The translations under genes were made by a program, and so were the position numbers. A model generated the notes under the pieces. The model searched no databases. It worked only from the letters and a program-made list of their open reading frames with translations, and was not told the origin of the DNA. A DNA stretch of 64,000 bases from Lingula anatina (taxonomy: Eukaryota; Animalia; Brachiopoda), in assembly GCA_051362555.1 (NCBI GenBank), contig CM120649.1:16258567-16322566 (forward strand). The letters are read 5' to 3'. Below are positions 25,781 to 39,286 of the stretch, in pieces (the stretch's first letter is position 1; every line of letters starts with the position of its first letter).

Positions 25781-28700
25781 GTGGGGTGAAGGAACAGTGA
25801 GACCCAAGTCACATCTCATCTCTCATATCATTATATCCACTGCAGTACTAGTTCTATACACACCTCCATCCCAAACGCTATAAACATGGCGTCGTTCTCG
25901 GTGAGGTCGTTATAGGAGAGATCCAGATGGGTGAGGGTGTTGTTCTTTCTCATCATATCACTGATATAGTATGGACCATTGAGCAGGGAATGCCGACTGC
26001 CAAGACGGTTTCGACTCAAGTTCTGAAAAAAAGTAAAACTTCTTTTCTTAATAATTGCGACAACAAGTGGAGTGAATGATTGAACATAGGCACTGGGGTG
26101 TTCACACACAGACACACGCACACGCACATGCATGCACGCGCGTACGCACACACACGCGCACACACACTTACACACACACAATTTCGTTTAGGGTCGACTG
26201 TGCAAGGTAAGCCTATGTGTAAAACGGGGATATAAATGTTGTAAATACCGTACATGTACATGTAGAATGAAATAAAATTATATATTTTGCCGCAATTATT
26301 TTTGTTCGATAAATCTTTATCAGCCTTCTGTCATTGCATTCATTTGTAAAAGACCACGTCAGTGATACAATCCCGCTGTTATTAACACAGCCAGCCTGTG
26401 ACTTATGGAAACACACGTGTTGCACAAAAGCGATAGAAATTAAAATAGTCTTTCCATAAATATTTTAATCCAGTTGTCACGTATATTGAATATGTCAAGT
26501 GCTTCGGTAGACCAAATTGCATGAAACATATTGACAACTTTATTCTTTTCGTTTTTATCGATATTTGTTGTTACTGATATTTTTCCGCCTCATTCGAAAC
26601 AGTCATCGAAAGTAATTGAAGCTCAATTAAAACATATCCGAACCGAAATTTACCCCTATAATTTGTGTTTTCAATAATAACAGGGTGTTTTTTAAACTGG
26701 GATTAATGCACTCTTGATTGCATAAACTGAAATCTTGCCCACCTCCAACAATGCCCTACCTTCAGTTAATCAATTAGTATTGAATTCTAAATGTTTACTT
26801 AACGCTACTGTTCTTCTTAATAAAAAGGCATTGGTCTCATATTGTTCTACAGTTTGGCAAAGGTTACGTCTATACGGCATGCATTTTTTATGAAATATGG
26901 ATTTAATGATTCGATCAGCAAACATGGCCATCTTTTCACTTTTGTTATTACATAGACATACACCTCATCTAAACAATGAGCCAAATGCATATCTAATTCT
27001 AAAGAAAAATATGATAGAGAAAAGAGTGAAGGCTACGGATTTAAATCTCTAAACGTATGCTCCTTTTTTGGGGCTAGACGATGAATTATTATTTTTTCTT
27101 ATTCATGGTTCCAGGAGAGTGAAACTTTGACACAAACTTCTTCATGAGGAACCCAGAAATAATCAAACACAGTGCAATCTGTGCACTAAATATTTTAAGA
27201 CGTGCCTATAAACCCATTTGCACCTCTATATTGGGTTTGGTATTACATGACTTATAACTCGACAATTTCGTGTACTGACCACTTCCGTGATAAAGTCGTT
27301 TTCTGTGAGCATCTCGCAGACTTCCTGGATCCCCTCGCCTTCCATAGTGTTCCCCTCTAATATCAGCACCTGGACGGTCGTGTTTTTCTAAAACAGGAGG
27401 AAGAAGATTATTAAGAATAAGAAACAAAATATGGAAATCTTACAATTAATAGAGCTAAAATGCATTTTCTGATGAACTTTAACTCCTAGCCCCTCAAAAA
27501 ACAAGTAAAATCAAATATGGAAAATGAAAGAAAGAAATAATATCACAGCGCCCTTTTTTCCGAAGGTATATTTAAGAAAATTTAAAAATAACGTAGCAGT
27601 AGAAGGACCAAAGTGATAGAGACAGCGTGAATGATGGTTACCATGTTTAGATTTTTTGTTTTGTTTTGTTTTCTGAAATAATGTTAATTGTGATTATGTA
27701 CATGCCGCATCTAAAAAAAATTCCAGAAAGATGTCAGGTATTTCGATTATAATTTTTGTAACGGATTGACCTATGACTACTCTTTTCCAATAAAGACCGT
27801 GAGTACTTCAATTAGATGTGACCCTTTTTGCAACAGGTGTTTACATGTCAAATCGTGTTTACGCTCGTTAATGTAATTGGTATATCGAAAACACTACTTC
27901 TTAATATCATCACAATGGTCGATCAGTCGTAAACAAGAAGATTTTTATGTTTATCAGGGCTGCAAATGATTTGTGCTCAAAACAACCGCTTTATCATGAG
28001 TATCGTACTGATACAAGAGGAATTTAAAATGAGTACAGTATACAGTGGCGGATTTAGGGGGTGTCAGGGGAGTCCTGACCCCCCCCCCCCTTCGATTTCT
28101 GAAAAAAAATCACACCAATGGTCCCCTCTTGAAATTAGAATTTTGACTAACTGAACAGAGTTCAAAACTGCACCAAATGACACCCTTCGCCCTCAAAAAT
28201 GCGATGTCAAGGGGGGGGGGAAGGTTTCACATCCGTGGATCCCCCCCCCTTCATATTATCCTGGATCCGCCCCTGGTATAGCCTAATCTGATGCAGTGAG
28301 TAGATTTTATGAAAAGCGGCTGTATAAAACTGTGCCATTGTTCAGAAAACATATAAATAATTTCTGATTTCGAATATTTCCTTTTTGGACAGCTGTTATG
28401 ACTGCACTTATTACCGTTATCACTAGTGTGCACTGTATGAAAGATCATCGACTTTTTTTTAAAAAAAAGTATTCAGTATTTTTACAGCGATTAGGGCGTA
28501 TGTGGACTTTTTGTATCCAGAGTGTTTTCATGGCTTCTACATCAACCTTTGAGTGACAGTTATGACAAAAGCCTTCCAGTTTACCTGTTAAGTGTGCTTA
28601 TAAATAATGCATTTCATCAACGTAATATCCATTAGGCAAACTGATGAAATGGATTAAAAACTAACATCAGAATGAAGATGATTGTTTATAGATCTTGACA

Positions 28701-29829
28701 TACAATCTAAGGTAAACATGTTGAAAGAAATAGGCAAAGAGATTTAAACAACGGTCCCAAATTTGATACGACACGTTAAAGGGGGAATTTGAAATATTAA
28801 TCAACGCGCACTTGTCGGCCTATTTGTCTTGAAAAGTAAAACAACATGGCGGTTTATCAGTGATCGTCTGTTTGTTCTTAGGGCAAAATGGTGATACGCA
28901 AGTGAATAGATGGGAGCGAAATTGTGAAATAATTTCCTATCTAAAGATTTGTAAACTTAAGACTCAATTCCAATGTCAGGCCTATAATTCTTACCAGAAA
29001 TAAAAAAGGGATGCATGGAAATTCATGGAAATATAATTTTCTAAAAAATAAGAATCGACTCCAGTGGTAGGGCTCCAGTAAAAACAGAAAAGATATAAAA
29101 TCTTTAGATTTAGCAAATAAAACTTGATTTAACTGATAATCCTTCCAAAGAATATCTTATCAGTCTTCGTCTCTTTATGTGTTTACTATTAAAGCAGCTT
29201 AAATTATTTTTGTACGTGTTTGAGAGTAGTTAGAGAGATGAAATGCGCCTGTTTGCGCGTGCGTCTGCTTAAACACACTTGAAAGCTTTTTACCCACCTT
29301 CAGCGCCTCTGCTAACGCCTTGATATGCTTGGACCCCAGGGTGCGGTTCCGTATGTTTATTACCGTCCCAGGGAGGCTGTCCAGTATCTTGGATTGAGGT
29401 ATGATCTCGTGGAACTTACATGCTGCCGTGTACCTGCTGGCTCCGATATAGGAGTCGTCTACCTTGGGAATTTCTGTAAAAAAGGTGGCAAAATTCGAGA
29501 TATTAGATACGCGTAGTGTGTAAGTTGGAAAGACGAGTGTTTTATTTTCATCCATAGTTTGACCAAAATCAAAATGCTTCCCCCACCCCTTCGAAGATAC
29601 CATTTTTGCACTTGAGCTTTTCTATAAATCATGGCACAGTCGCTTTTTAATATTTTTAGGGCAGTTTTCAGAAAGAACACCCTCCACGCGTGTACATACC
29701 TTGTTCAGCCAGCACGTGCTCAGTGTCAAGGTCGGTGTCATACTGTTCATCATCTCCGAAGTACACGTTGACGGGCAGTTCCCGCAGACTCCTGTACGCC
29801 TGGTGCTTAGCGGCCACCGCAGCCGCCAT
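15175..29829 (-). CDS. LRRC74: Leucine-rich repeat protein, LRRC74A/B-like (~580 aa; RI-like LRRs, EF-hand-like region, basic tail)
   Basis: 12 phase-consistent exons: 29829-29700, 29473-29298, 27387-27280, 26022-25864, 24993-24912, 24592-24507, 24091-23897, 17435-17343, 17088-16968, 16643-16495, 16115-16012, 15514-15175. N-terminal 'YDTDL..' and 'Y..AC....IIP' plus repeats such as 'LTHLDLSYNDL', 'LNLSWNHIRRKGA', 'VDLSWNGFGYEGA'. An in-frame TGA lies just upstream of the ATG at 29829. Confidence 0.85.
18568..23682 (+). CDS. Nested gene: signal anchor + JmjC/cupin_8 2OG-Fe(II) oxygenase + degenerate aldo-keto reductase fusion (~638 aa)
   Basis: Exons 18568-19013, 19389-19494, 20620-20785, 21265-21531, 21898-22047, 22637-22721, 22986-23682 join in frame (1917 nt). 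JmjC motifs 'PVIVRGGLKHWPAMEKW', 'TEVHIDPYE', 'GDMLYVPEAWFHQV'. AKR motifs 'LQSGHSMPVQGL', 'ALLLGYR', 'REDVFVVVKL', 'SMERLKTDYVDLVL', 'GTIRSLGLSGF'. Confidence 0.85.
25609..25722. mobile_element. Short non-autonomous TIR element (114 bp) inserted in a (TG)n/(GA)n microsatellite
   Basis: Perfect 14-bp TIR CAGGCCCGTAGCCA / TGGCTACGGGCCTG. Confidence 0.75.
28043..28275. mobile_element. Non-autonomous DNA transposon (CAG-terminal TIR family)
   Basis: TIR CAGTGGCGGATTTAGG / CCTGGATCCGCCCCTG, with GTATA on both flanks (possible TSD); related ends at 54889-55055. Confidence 0.72.
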
Positions 29830-32144
29830 CGAGATTCACGGGAGACGTGGCTGAGGAAAATAAAAGAGGAAAATTATACAAAAAAAATTATAAAACAATT
29901 CGTAAATTTCGCCTGCCCGTACCCGTAGCGTGGATGGTATCGTGACCAGTGTAATAAAACAGCAATAAGAAAAGCAATAATCGTAACCATTATTAACAGA
30001 AATTGTAATGGAAAATATTTGATAATATTAAATAAATTAATAACATTGGGAGCTGACCACACGTGCTTGGCTTTTGTATTAAGTGTCAGAGAATCTAGGA
30101 AACCCTTCCCCAGAAACAAGCTAGGACACTTTAGGTATTTTAAGAGCAAAACAGAAAAAAAACGTAGATAGGAATCGCTTGATAAAATGTGTGAATGCTT
30201 TTTATCTGTGTGTATTTGAAAAATGTAAAAGCGTTCTCGAATCAATATAAAAAATGAAATAGAAAGAATATCCGGTTCAAAATTATTTAGGCACAAAACT
30301 AATACAAGAAAAGATGCAATAAGGAAAAAGTGAATTATAGATAAAACGAACTATAAAAATGAACAAACATCTATATTTAAAGAAAATTAAATGTCTTTGA
30401 TTGTCAGTTTACTTTGTTGTAAGGAACTGGCGTTTTGTTTTCCCTTAATATACGATATTTCTGACAAATTTCTGATAATTATCAGTTTAAAGTGACTGCG
30501 AAACTAAATACGTACTACACAGTACGAAATTCGTCTAAAATCAATAGTAAGACCTTTACTAATGTAACCAACGAGAAGTTGTGTTGCCACGAAATTGTAT
30601 TGAAGAATTATCACACAAATGCTACCAAAAAAGAAGCTTACCGTTTAGTTCAAGGTATGGAATACATAATTCCTAATCTCCCGACTGTAATCCCTGTCCT
30701 ACTGAGCGGTTCGAACTACACAAGCGGGACGGTAGCTAGTCACATTGATTTTTTTCTTTATTGGAGTATCCATAACGCTAACAAAACAAGGGAGCGTGTC
30801 AGATGTAGTTTATGCTTTTCAAAGGGAAATATCGCTTCATGCAGTCGGTCTCCGAATTGTCGCCTCGATCTAGGAATAATAAACGTAAATAATGAAAACA
30901 TAACTGACTGAAAGTGAGATTTATGAGCAGGAAAGAAAATGAGTTGGTGACGGGGAAAATGAAATAGATAAAAGTGTGTAATGTCCAAATGAAAAGGGGG
31001 CAATTATCGCAGCAATACATTTTGTCAATTATAACTTAAAAGATATTACATTATTGATCTCATCATCCATTATTATGAATAAATAAATTAATTAATTAAT
31101 AATTCTCTCACTTAATAAGTATACTTTTATTACTAATAACCCTATTACTTTGTTTGGATAAATACTGACTAGTACATGATGTATATATATTTAAGATCAT
31201 ATCATATGTAATTACTATAATTTTTATATTTTGAAATGGTCCCCACCAGTAGCCGGTATCAGCGGTATATCAATACCATACCGCTTCTGAATCGGCATCT
31301 ACCGATTTCTTTTAATTATTAAACCGCCAGCATAATATCATTAATTGTAATGCCAATAAATCCTTTGTTTGGAATCAACTTGACAAATCTGATTATTCCG
31401 AAAGAAATGCCACCAAAGCTGAGCGAATAGACCGAGACTTTGGATATATTAATAGTTAATATTGTGTACACAGTAGAAATATGGTGGTGTGAAGCTTGCT
31501 ATAAGGTCGCTTCTTTAAGTAAAAACTTTCGACCTTTAAGTGACCTGGGATAGTTTGCTCAGATACAATAGGTCTAAACGGTAATGGCTGTGTTTGTGAG
31601 GGTAAAAAAAGAAAGATTAATGGAAGCAATATAATGTCAAATTTGAAGATATGAGGAAAGAAAGAAAAAACAAAAACAATTCATATAAAGAAAAAGTACA
31701 AATTGTCACAAATCAATACTGTTGGGGAATAAACCACAAACCTGCACATCATAAATGATAAATCTCTTCTATAAGAGAAGAAGAAACTAGGACAAGAATA
31801 ATACAAATGTTAGTATTCAGATTCCCATCATACAACCCTTTACATTACTGCATGAAAGCCTCACTACAAACACCTTTTACAATGAGAAGAGGTCTATCTG
31901 TTATGTGCAGATCTCATTCGTACCTCGATCAATCTCCCACAGGAAGGCAGTTCATTACCTGTGACTTCCACTACCGTGGTAGGTAGCCTGTCTTTGATTG
32001 CGATATATATCGATGTATCGATTTCTTATGTCAATACATTGTATCGACAGCCGTGTCGGAGTGACCGGAGAGATTATTGGAGGTCGAGTAAGGGTCAGGT
32101 ATTTTTAGATATTCACTCGTGGTTATTTTATATTTTCTTCTTCT

Positions 32145-32204
<60 letters not shown>

Positions 32205-34323
32205 GTTCATCAAGATGGGAAATATTGCAGGGAATTGAGACTAAGAACCCGTTGTCGACATACTCTGTAACCCCCCCCCTTTCCCCCCCCCCCAAATCCT
32301 AACATCCGGGATCTGGTTATATTACTGATAGTCAGTGTGACAAGTGCGTTAGCTGAGAAATGCAGTGTCATTGTCTTTAAAAATTATTCACATCCTTTAT
32401 ACCGCAACCCGTGTAAACAGTCGAAATAGATGTTCAACATCCGTGAACAGGGGTATCTCACAATATGTCAACCACTGATTAAATTTCACACAAAAAAAAA
32501 AAAAAAAAAAAAAAAAGAAAAAAAAACGCACTACATAATAGACACCGTGCAAGTCATGTCTTCATACCTGGAGCAAATCTGATGCACATTTTGTCTTGAG
32601 TATTAGCTGAAATAAGTGTAAACATTACCTAGCACGTAGTTTTGGGTTACTCAAACTTTCATACTTTTCGGGATCAAATTTATGCGAATTCTGGTGTAGC
32701 TGCTGTGATTTTATGCACTGTAGCCCTAGCACATACATGTACCGAGGTTATTCAACGTTCATTAGCAGGTAAATTTTATCACAGCAAAACTGAAACTACA
32801 TGTTAGGTGTCTGCGTTTTAGGACAGATCATCCCACGTCGTTTGACCCCGGTCATAAAGAACAACACAATTTCCAGACAATCGGCGTTAAAGGGATGATT
32901 GGGACAAACAAGTTAATCTTTAAAAATGCAGAGTCAGCCCGGAGTTAATCATACTTTTTTCGTCGATAAATGAGGTACTAGCGTACGTGACTAAATGTCA
33001 TCACCAGTGTACACTGCGATGGTGATCACGATAATTCATCACGATCTTTAGAGTTATGATTATGACAAGAAACTTCTCGCTGGTCCATAAAAGGGCAATT
33101 GCACCGAACATCAATGGTCACAGTCACGCAGTGCATTGTCCATGGGTGAGCGATTTCACAGCTACTGAACTGACCTGAGTCATCGTAAGACTAGACTGAT
33201 AAAACAGCTTAAAACATGGAGACAAAAAAGACCTGCAGTGTATGTGATAGTCTGATGACGAAGCTTAGCCCGATTTTCGGTATAAAATGGACGGGGTCTA
33301 GCCACACCCTGGTATTTACGTCACGTCTTTACGTCACATGTTTGCCTTCGTAGGCGGCATATCCATATACGGCGTAAGATATCTATACAGTTAACGTGGC
33401 TTGACACATGCACCTGTATGAAACAATTTTGATTGAAGAGGGTTGAAAAGATCGTTGTACGTGGTGATAAATAATAAGTCATCATGACGAAATAAAAGCA
33501 AAATAAAAGCGTGGGCTTTTGACGTTCTAGGGAGTACGCATACATGTACATTGTAACACCCTTCGCGTGCACCCTGCCGATGACGGGTTAAGATAACAAA
33601 CGATAGAGACGCGTGTTGCAGTATCGCGTAGACTATCAAAACAAAATGACGCTAGTAGGAAATAAAACATCCTACAAGAATGGGAGAGAAATGCCCATGT
33701 GTGCCGATGCAGTTACAGATTTTTTTAGTTTATCTGTGTGATCTATGCTAGCAAAATAAAAATATTTTTGTAAAAGAATGCTACAATGCTCTTTTAATTA
33801 TTTGTCCGTATTTCTATATATGCATTCTAACCAAATGCTTGTTTCAAATCTGAACCTATCAAAATATTTTTTAAAAAACATGCACTAGCACCTCATGAAA
33901 TTGTCGAATTTTATGCTAACGTTTTATGTTATTTTAAGTTTATTTAACTTTTAAATGGCGTTCGTTGACGGTGGAAATACAGACGGTGTGTTTTCCATTA
34001 TTAGCTTCCTAGTCGTGAATTTAATTCTTACCAAACTAATGTTGAAATTGCGTAAAAGATAGTGGTAGGATCAATCTAGTTAAGATATTGTCCAAGTGCA
34101 GCATAAATTTAAGACCTGCACGACCGCCCAGAATTTTTTTATTACCACACTTATTACATCATCAGTTTTGCGAGCGTCTGCACACTGCTCTATACCGGAA
34201 ACACGAAGTGATTGGACCGTGATTACTCACGCACGTGCAAGTGGTTTATTTCCTCCCACTCCACGGCTGCCAGTAATTTGGGGGAATAAACTGCAAACTC
34301 ATGCCTGGCAGCTGAGCGAGCAG

Positions 34324-34330
34324 TATAAAA
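34324..34330 (+). promoter_or_regulatory. TATA box upstream of peptidase-ShKT gene A
   Basis: TATAAAA ~70 bp upstream of the ATG at 34396; an equivalent TATAAAA lies at 39224, ~60 bp before the gene B ATG. Confidence 0.55.
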
Positions 34331-34395
34331 GACGGTCAGCCCTGCTGGACAGCAGATTATTGCCGTTGTTGAAGAGTAACCACCGGGTTTTAAAG

Positions 34396-37300
34396 ATGAG
34401 GATGGCCGGTGGTTGCATGAAGCTGTTTGTCGCTTTTATTTTGGTGTCTTGTGCAAAACGTGAGTACTTCCATATTAAATTATTAAAGAACGTATTATAT
34501 ATAACAATGGCTATTTAAAACTTTATTTTATTTCATTTACACGTTGCAACAGGGAATGTAACTACTAAGTCCAATTATTGACATGTGTGACGCACCTGTG
34601 TTTCAATTTTGTACCTTGTTATGCATTCCATAGGTCTAGAAACAAACTGCCAATAAATTTAGAAGTAAAAAGGCTAGCACAGTTCGGTAATGAAACTAAA
34701 AAACTTTTTTTGCTTGCAACAAAACAAATGTTGCTACTTCACCATATAGATAAGGAATAATGCACTATACGGACGCCTAACTAACTAAATAAATAAATAA
34801 ATAGATAAATTATTAAATAAATATTATTCAGGTTCAGTCCAGCAGGAGGACGCCGTAGTTACCCAAGCACCAATTAACGACATTAATTCTACCTACTTGT
34901 ACCTCAAGTTATATGGTAAGTGTTATACTCTTATACAGTATGCCTTTATTTATCACTATTTGATATGTTGGCACAAAATCAGTTTTCTGAATTCTTGGAT
35001 TGTCGCTGTTACGGATTGATAGGCTGTATGCACACTTGTCGTTTTCCCCCTCTCCCTACATCCCAAACCTCTGCGTGTAATGCGCAATCTCCGCAGCCAG
35101 GCCTTTTGCATATTTCAATTGTAGACAATAATTGCAATTACCACCAGAAGTGATTTTCAAATTGGCGTTTCTGCTTTGTTAGAATCTAATCTCCTCTTTA
35201 AATCAATTTTAATAAAACTATAATGTGATCATTATCTTCAGGAAAAGATCATGTTTATTCGATGCGTTCATATTTTCCAGTTGAAGAATACAATGAGACG
35301 ATGATGGAGGGTGTAATGGCGGCAGGGGGGCGCCCTGGTCAAGCCAGCAATACCCACAGTTGTGACTCCATCCGGGGAGTTCCGCAGAGTCTGCGCAGTA
35401 GAACTAACATGTATCCCAATGGACTGGGATACTTTTATCAAAAATATACAGAGGCGTACGGCATCCCGGTCTTAGGTAGGTTTCCGCCTCTATTTGTTTT
35501 CGGCTGGTACTTTGTTAATGTTTTTGTCTTTCTGCCTTTTTTCCCTGTCCATCTCCCTGTTTTATTTTTATTCTTTGTGTAACTCATTTCTTTTATTTCT
35601 GATTGCTTATTTTACTCCTTAACTTATTCTTTCTTTCTTTTTCTCTTTTTTCTTTTGTCTCACTTTTTTATAAGTTTTTTCTCCTCCCCTTCTTCAGCTG
35701 TTTCTATTTCATTCACGACTGACCAATATGAAGCAAATAAATGAAAATCGCGTCAGCAATTCTAAATTGTTTACATTTTCATGATATTGGAATTCTCGTA
35801 AGTTTCTCTGTTTGATCACCGTAGGGTCTCGTTACCTTAGCGACGACGCACTGAAGCGGGCGTGCTACACTGTGAGGTTCTTACTGGCTGACAGATATGA
35901 CGTCCGTAACTCGTACTACAAGCGTTACGGACGGTTTGCCATCATGGGACGAAGAGAGGTAAAGACTTATATATATTTTTTTTCATGTTTCATCTTTTTT
36001 TCTTTAAGAAAGCTAGTGTATAATAAATCCTTCCTTTTGATGCTAAATTACGTACGTTAATAAAAATTGCGTGTTGAGATTTAAACATTATCCAGAAGTT
36101 AACCTTGATGTTATTGACCTTCAGGTAACCACCAATATCCCAGAACACTCTTTCCTGGAACCCGGGTTCTGGAACCAAAGAGCACGTGGCCTAGGAGCTA
36201 CTGAGTCTGCGCCAGTTTCGACGGGAGCGGAAGAGAACGTGCTGTGCGAGACTGGCGACCGGTACCGTGAGGACATTGCTCTCCACGAGTTCTCTCACGG
36301 CGTCCATATTCTGGGAGCCAAGTACGCCATTAGAGGTTTCGAGAGGAGGTTGGCGGGTCTGTACAGCAGCGCACGTAGCCGAGGACTCTGGAGGGGTACA
36401 TACTCTCTGAGCACGAAGGAGGAATACTGGGTGAGTGGGTTTATCTAAGACTGGGTTCCCACACTTAGATCGATCCATCTGGATGGATCGACCAACTCCT
36501 TGGGGGTTCACGCTAAATTACTACCAGCTCAAGAGGCTTAAATGTCTGTCACGCCTACCGAATCAGCTAGGGTAAAGATAATTACCCCCTAACAGCTTTA
36601 CTATATAGGCGTGACAGACATTTAAGCCGGTTGAGTTGATTGCAATTTAGTGAGACTCCCCAGGGAGATAGATCGATCCAAAAATCTGTGGGAATGGTAT
36701 CTAAGCGCAGTTATTAAGAAAATCCAGCTTGGCTTTTTTTTCAATATGAAACAATTTAAAATTATTATTGAGTGAGTATAATAACTAGTTACTATACTCT
36801 TATCTTTAGAGATTCGTTTAAGAATATAGTTCTTTGTCACATCATAGCTCATATCGGTACACTTTTGTGTCCCTTTCACTGTTATTTATCACATAACACC
36901 ATATTTATGTGTTACGAACTATTTTAACAGGCGGAAGGGGTCCAAAGTTACTTTAACGTCAACGACTTCTCCGCGACCCCCAATGGCGTCCATGGTCCCA
37001 TTAACACGAGGTCTAAGCTCCAGAATTACGATCCGGCCCTTTATAATATCATCAAGGAGGTGTACCCATGTGGCAACACGTACATCAAACGGTGCGGGAA
37101 CAGACAGGAAATATATGGTGAGTTTTCATAGAAATAAACGCAGTGCATTTACAGCAACGAGAAACACCCAAACTGTTTTAAAACAACACACGTTCGGACT
37201 TAAGGCAATTAAACTGCTACACGAATTAGTGCTGATGTAAACCACTGGAAATATCTAAAGTAACTCTTTGGCACAAAACGTTACCAGTACGTGCACATTC

Positions 37301-38643
37301 CTTTTGTTATTACTTCTGCTGTTGTTGCTTCTATAGTAAATCTGGCAAGGGGACACCTCTGTCAAAAAGAAATTGTGAAGTAATCTGCAGGATAGTAGAA
37401 TTTTAGTCATGTATTCAGCATTTTTCTGTGATCAGATATCCATTTAAAATATTTGAGTAAATCACGGCAGTAGATCCTAATAGCTTATTATTTACAGGAG
37501 CACATTTGCTTTTTATATTGCAATCACATTTCACAGCCTTTTTCATTTTACAGCAAAAGAAAGAGCACAGCAACTTCGTTTAAATTGTGATTCAAACGGA
37601 GGCGGAGGGACTGGTGGTGGAACCGGTGGTGGAACTGGAGGGGGAACCGGTGGGGGGACCGGAGGTGGAACCGGTGGGGGAACCGGAGGTGGAACTGGAG
37701 GGGGAACCGGTGGGGGAACCGGAGGAGGAACTGGCGGAGGCAGTAAGTGTGGTTTAAAATACATGCATTTGTGTGTATTTTTTTCTTCAGGTTTGTTATG
37801 GCCAACGAAAAGGATATATTAATTTTACATGTAGATCTACATATACGGTACTTTTATGTCACTTTTTGTTTGTGCAGTTACATTTACCTGATTGTCTGGC
37901 AACGTTAAGTACAGTTATCAAATGCCGCCAAAGTCGATACACCTACAGTAGTATTTGACCATGTATCATTCCAGACTGTACGGACAATGACAACCGCTGT
38001 GCTGGCTGGGCGGGAAGAGGAGAGTGCGACAAGAACCCGAGGTACATGCTGGTCAACTGCCGGAAGAGCTGTCGCCAGTGTTCAGGTAAATATTCAGCTG
38101 GTAATAAAAGCATATTTTCTTATTATACTCTCTGCCATGTGCAGTAAATCCAGTGACCCACCCTCCATTAAATTCATACAGGTAAGGGTAAGCGTGATCA
38201 AATTTTAGGGCGGTTTATCTGCACATACTGGTAATTATGGGAACAGGGCCTTGTATTACAGGAGTTCTTTTTATATAATGGCGGTACTGGCACTATAGCT
38301 TATGCCGGATTGTAATTTTGGGTTGAACGTTAGGTGAAGACTACACGTTTTCGCTATCTGTCTACATACTTAATATAAGCACCTGTCACTGCTTCTAAAG
38401 TATATCAACACTTAATGGACCAATTTCCTGTGACATTTGAACAACTGTGTTCGATATATGCATGTATAAAAATTAACATTTTTTTCTTGAATTCCTGTTC
38501 TTCCAGGAGGAGGCGGCGGAGGAGGAGGCACCAACTGTGTGGACAGGAACATGTTCTGTGCATCCTGGTCCAGACGCGGGGAGTGTACACGCAACCCTAG
38601 GTACATGCTGACCAACTGTAGGAGAAGCTGCCGGCAATGCTGA
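34396..38643 (+). CDS. Secreted HEXXH zinc metallopeptidase (lethal-factor/zincin-like) + (GGGT)n linker + 2 ShKT domains, paralog A (~468 aa)
   Basis: Exons 34396-34459, 34832-34915, 35281-35475, 35825-35958, 36125-36430, 36931-37117, 37554-37742, 37975-38085, 38507-38643. Signal peptide; 'EDIALHEFSHGVH'...'STKEEYWAEGVQSYF'; ShKT 'CTDNDNRCAGWAGRGECDKNPRYMLVNCRKSCRQC'. Confidence 0.88.
36446..36704. mobile_element. Foldback (near whole-length palindromic) MITE, copy 1
   Basis: Arms pair along their length: ttcccaca/tgtgggaa, gatcgatc, ggggttcacgctaaatt/aatttagtgagactcccc, ggcttaaatgtctgtcacgccta/taggcgtgacagacatttaagcc. Second copy at ~56789-57023. Confidence 0.8.
37598..37742 (+). repeat. 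Coding 12-bp tandem repeat encoding the (GGGT)n linker
   Basis: ~11-12 units of GGN GGN GGN ACN inside exon 7 of gene A. Confidence 0.9.
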
Positions 38644-39286
38644 TGACAATCTTCCCGATATAAAGTTCAGTTTCTGTAATTTATAAAGTTTAGATCTACC
38701 TTCTTTGATTACGTGACTGTTGATGTAGGAGCGTGGTCACAGCGGTTTTCACGGTTCTCAACGGTTCTGTCTGGTAGTTGATGGACAGTGTTTTAGTAGC
38801 CTGGTACATAATTAAAATTGGAACAGCATTTTCCAAATTTTGCCAAGTGGGCACGTGACGTAATTTGTAGAAAAAATCAACTTAAAAACGTCGAATGTGA
38901 AGGCCGAATACGTTAGGGACATTCAAAGCCGTTGTTTTTTAATTCTCGCCTGGCTTGAATATTTTCAAATGTACTTGCAATTGTAAAGTAATGCACACAT
39001 TTTGTCATGTATCAAGAATGTGAATAAAAGTAAAAAGTGAATAAAAGTTTGTGTGGTATTAATATTTCTAGCTTTTTGATCCTTTAGTTACGACCTAATT
39101 TGTGACACACGATCTTACCGTGGCAGACGTTAAGAACGTGTGAGAAAAATGTCATATGGGGTGGTACGTAGCTAACGGAGAGACCGTAGACGACGGTGGA
39201 TTTAGATTACCCGTGTGTTTCTGTATAAAAGAGCTCTGGTGTCCAGAAAGAACACCTAAAGGGTCAGTGGAGGAATAAACGACACC

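Noticed and set aside
29874-31020. Several 70-140 aa ORFs upstream of LRRC74-like
   Set aside because: Low-complexity AT-rich translations with no motifs; likely 5'UTR intron or intergenic sequence.
37543-37805. (PPVP)n and (FPHR)n ORFs on the minus strand
   Set aside because: Antisense readings of the (GGGT)n linker exon.
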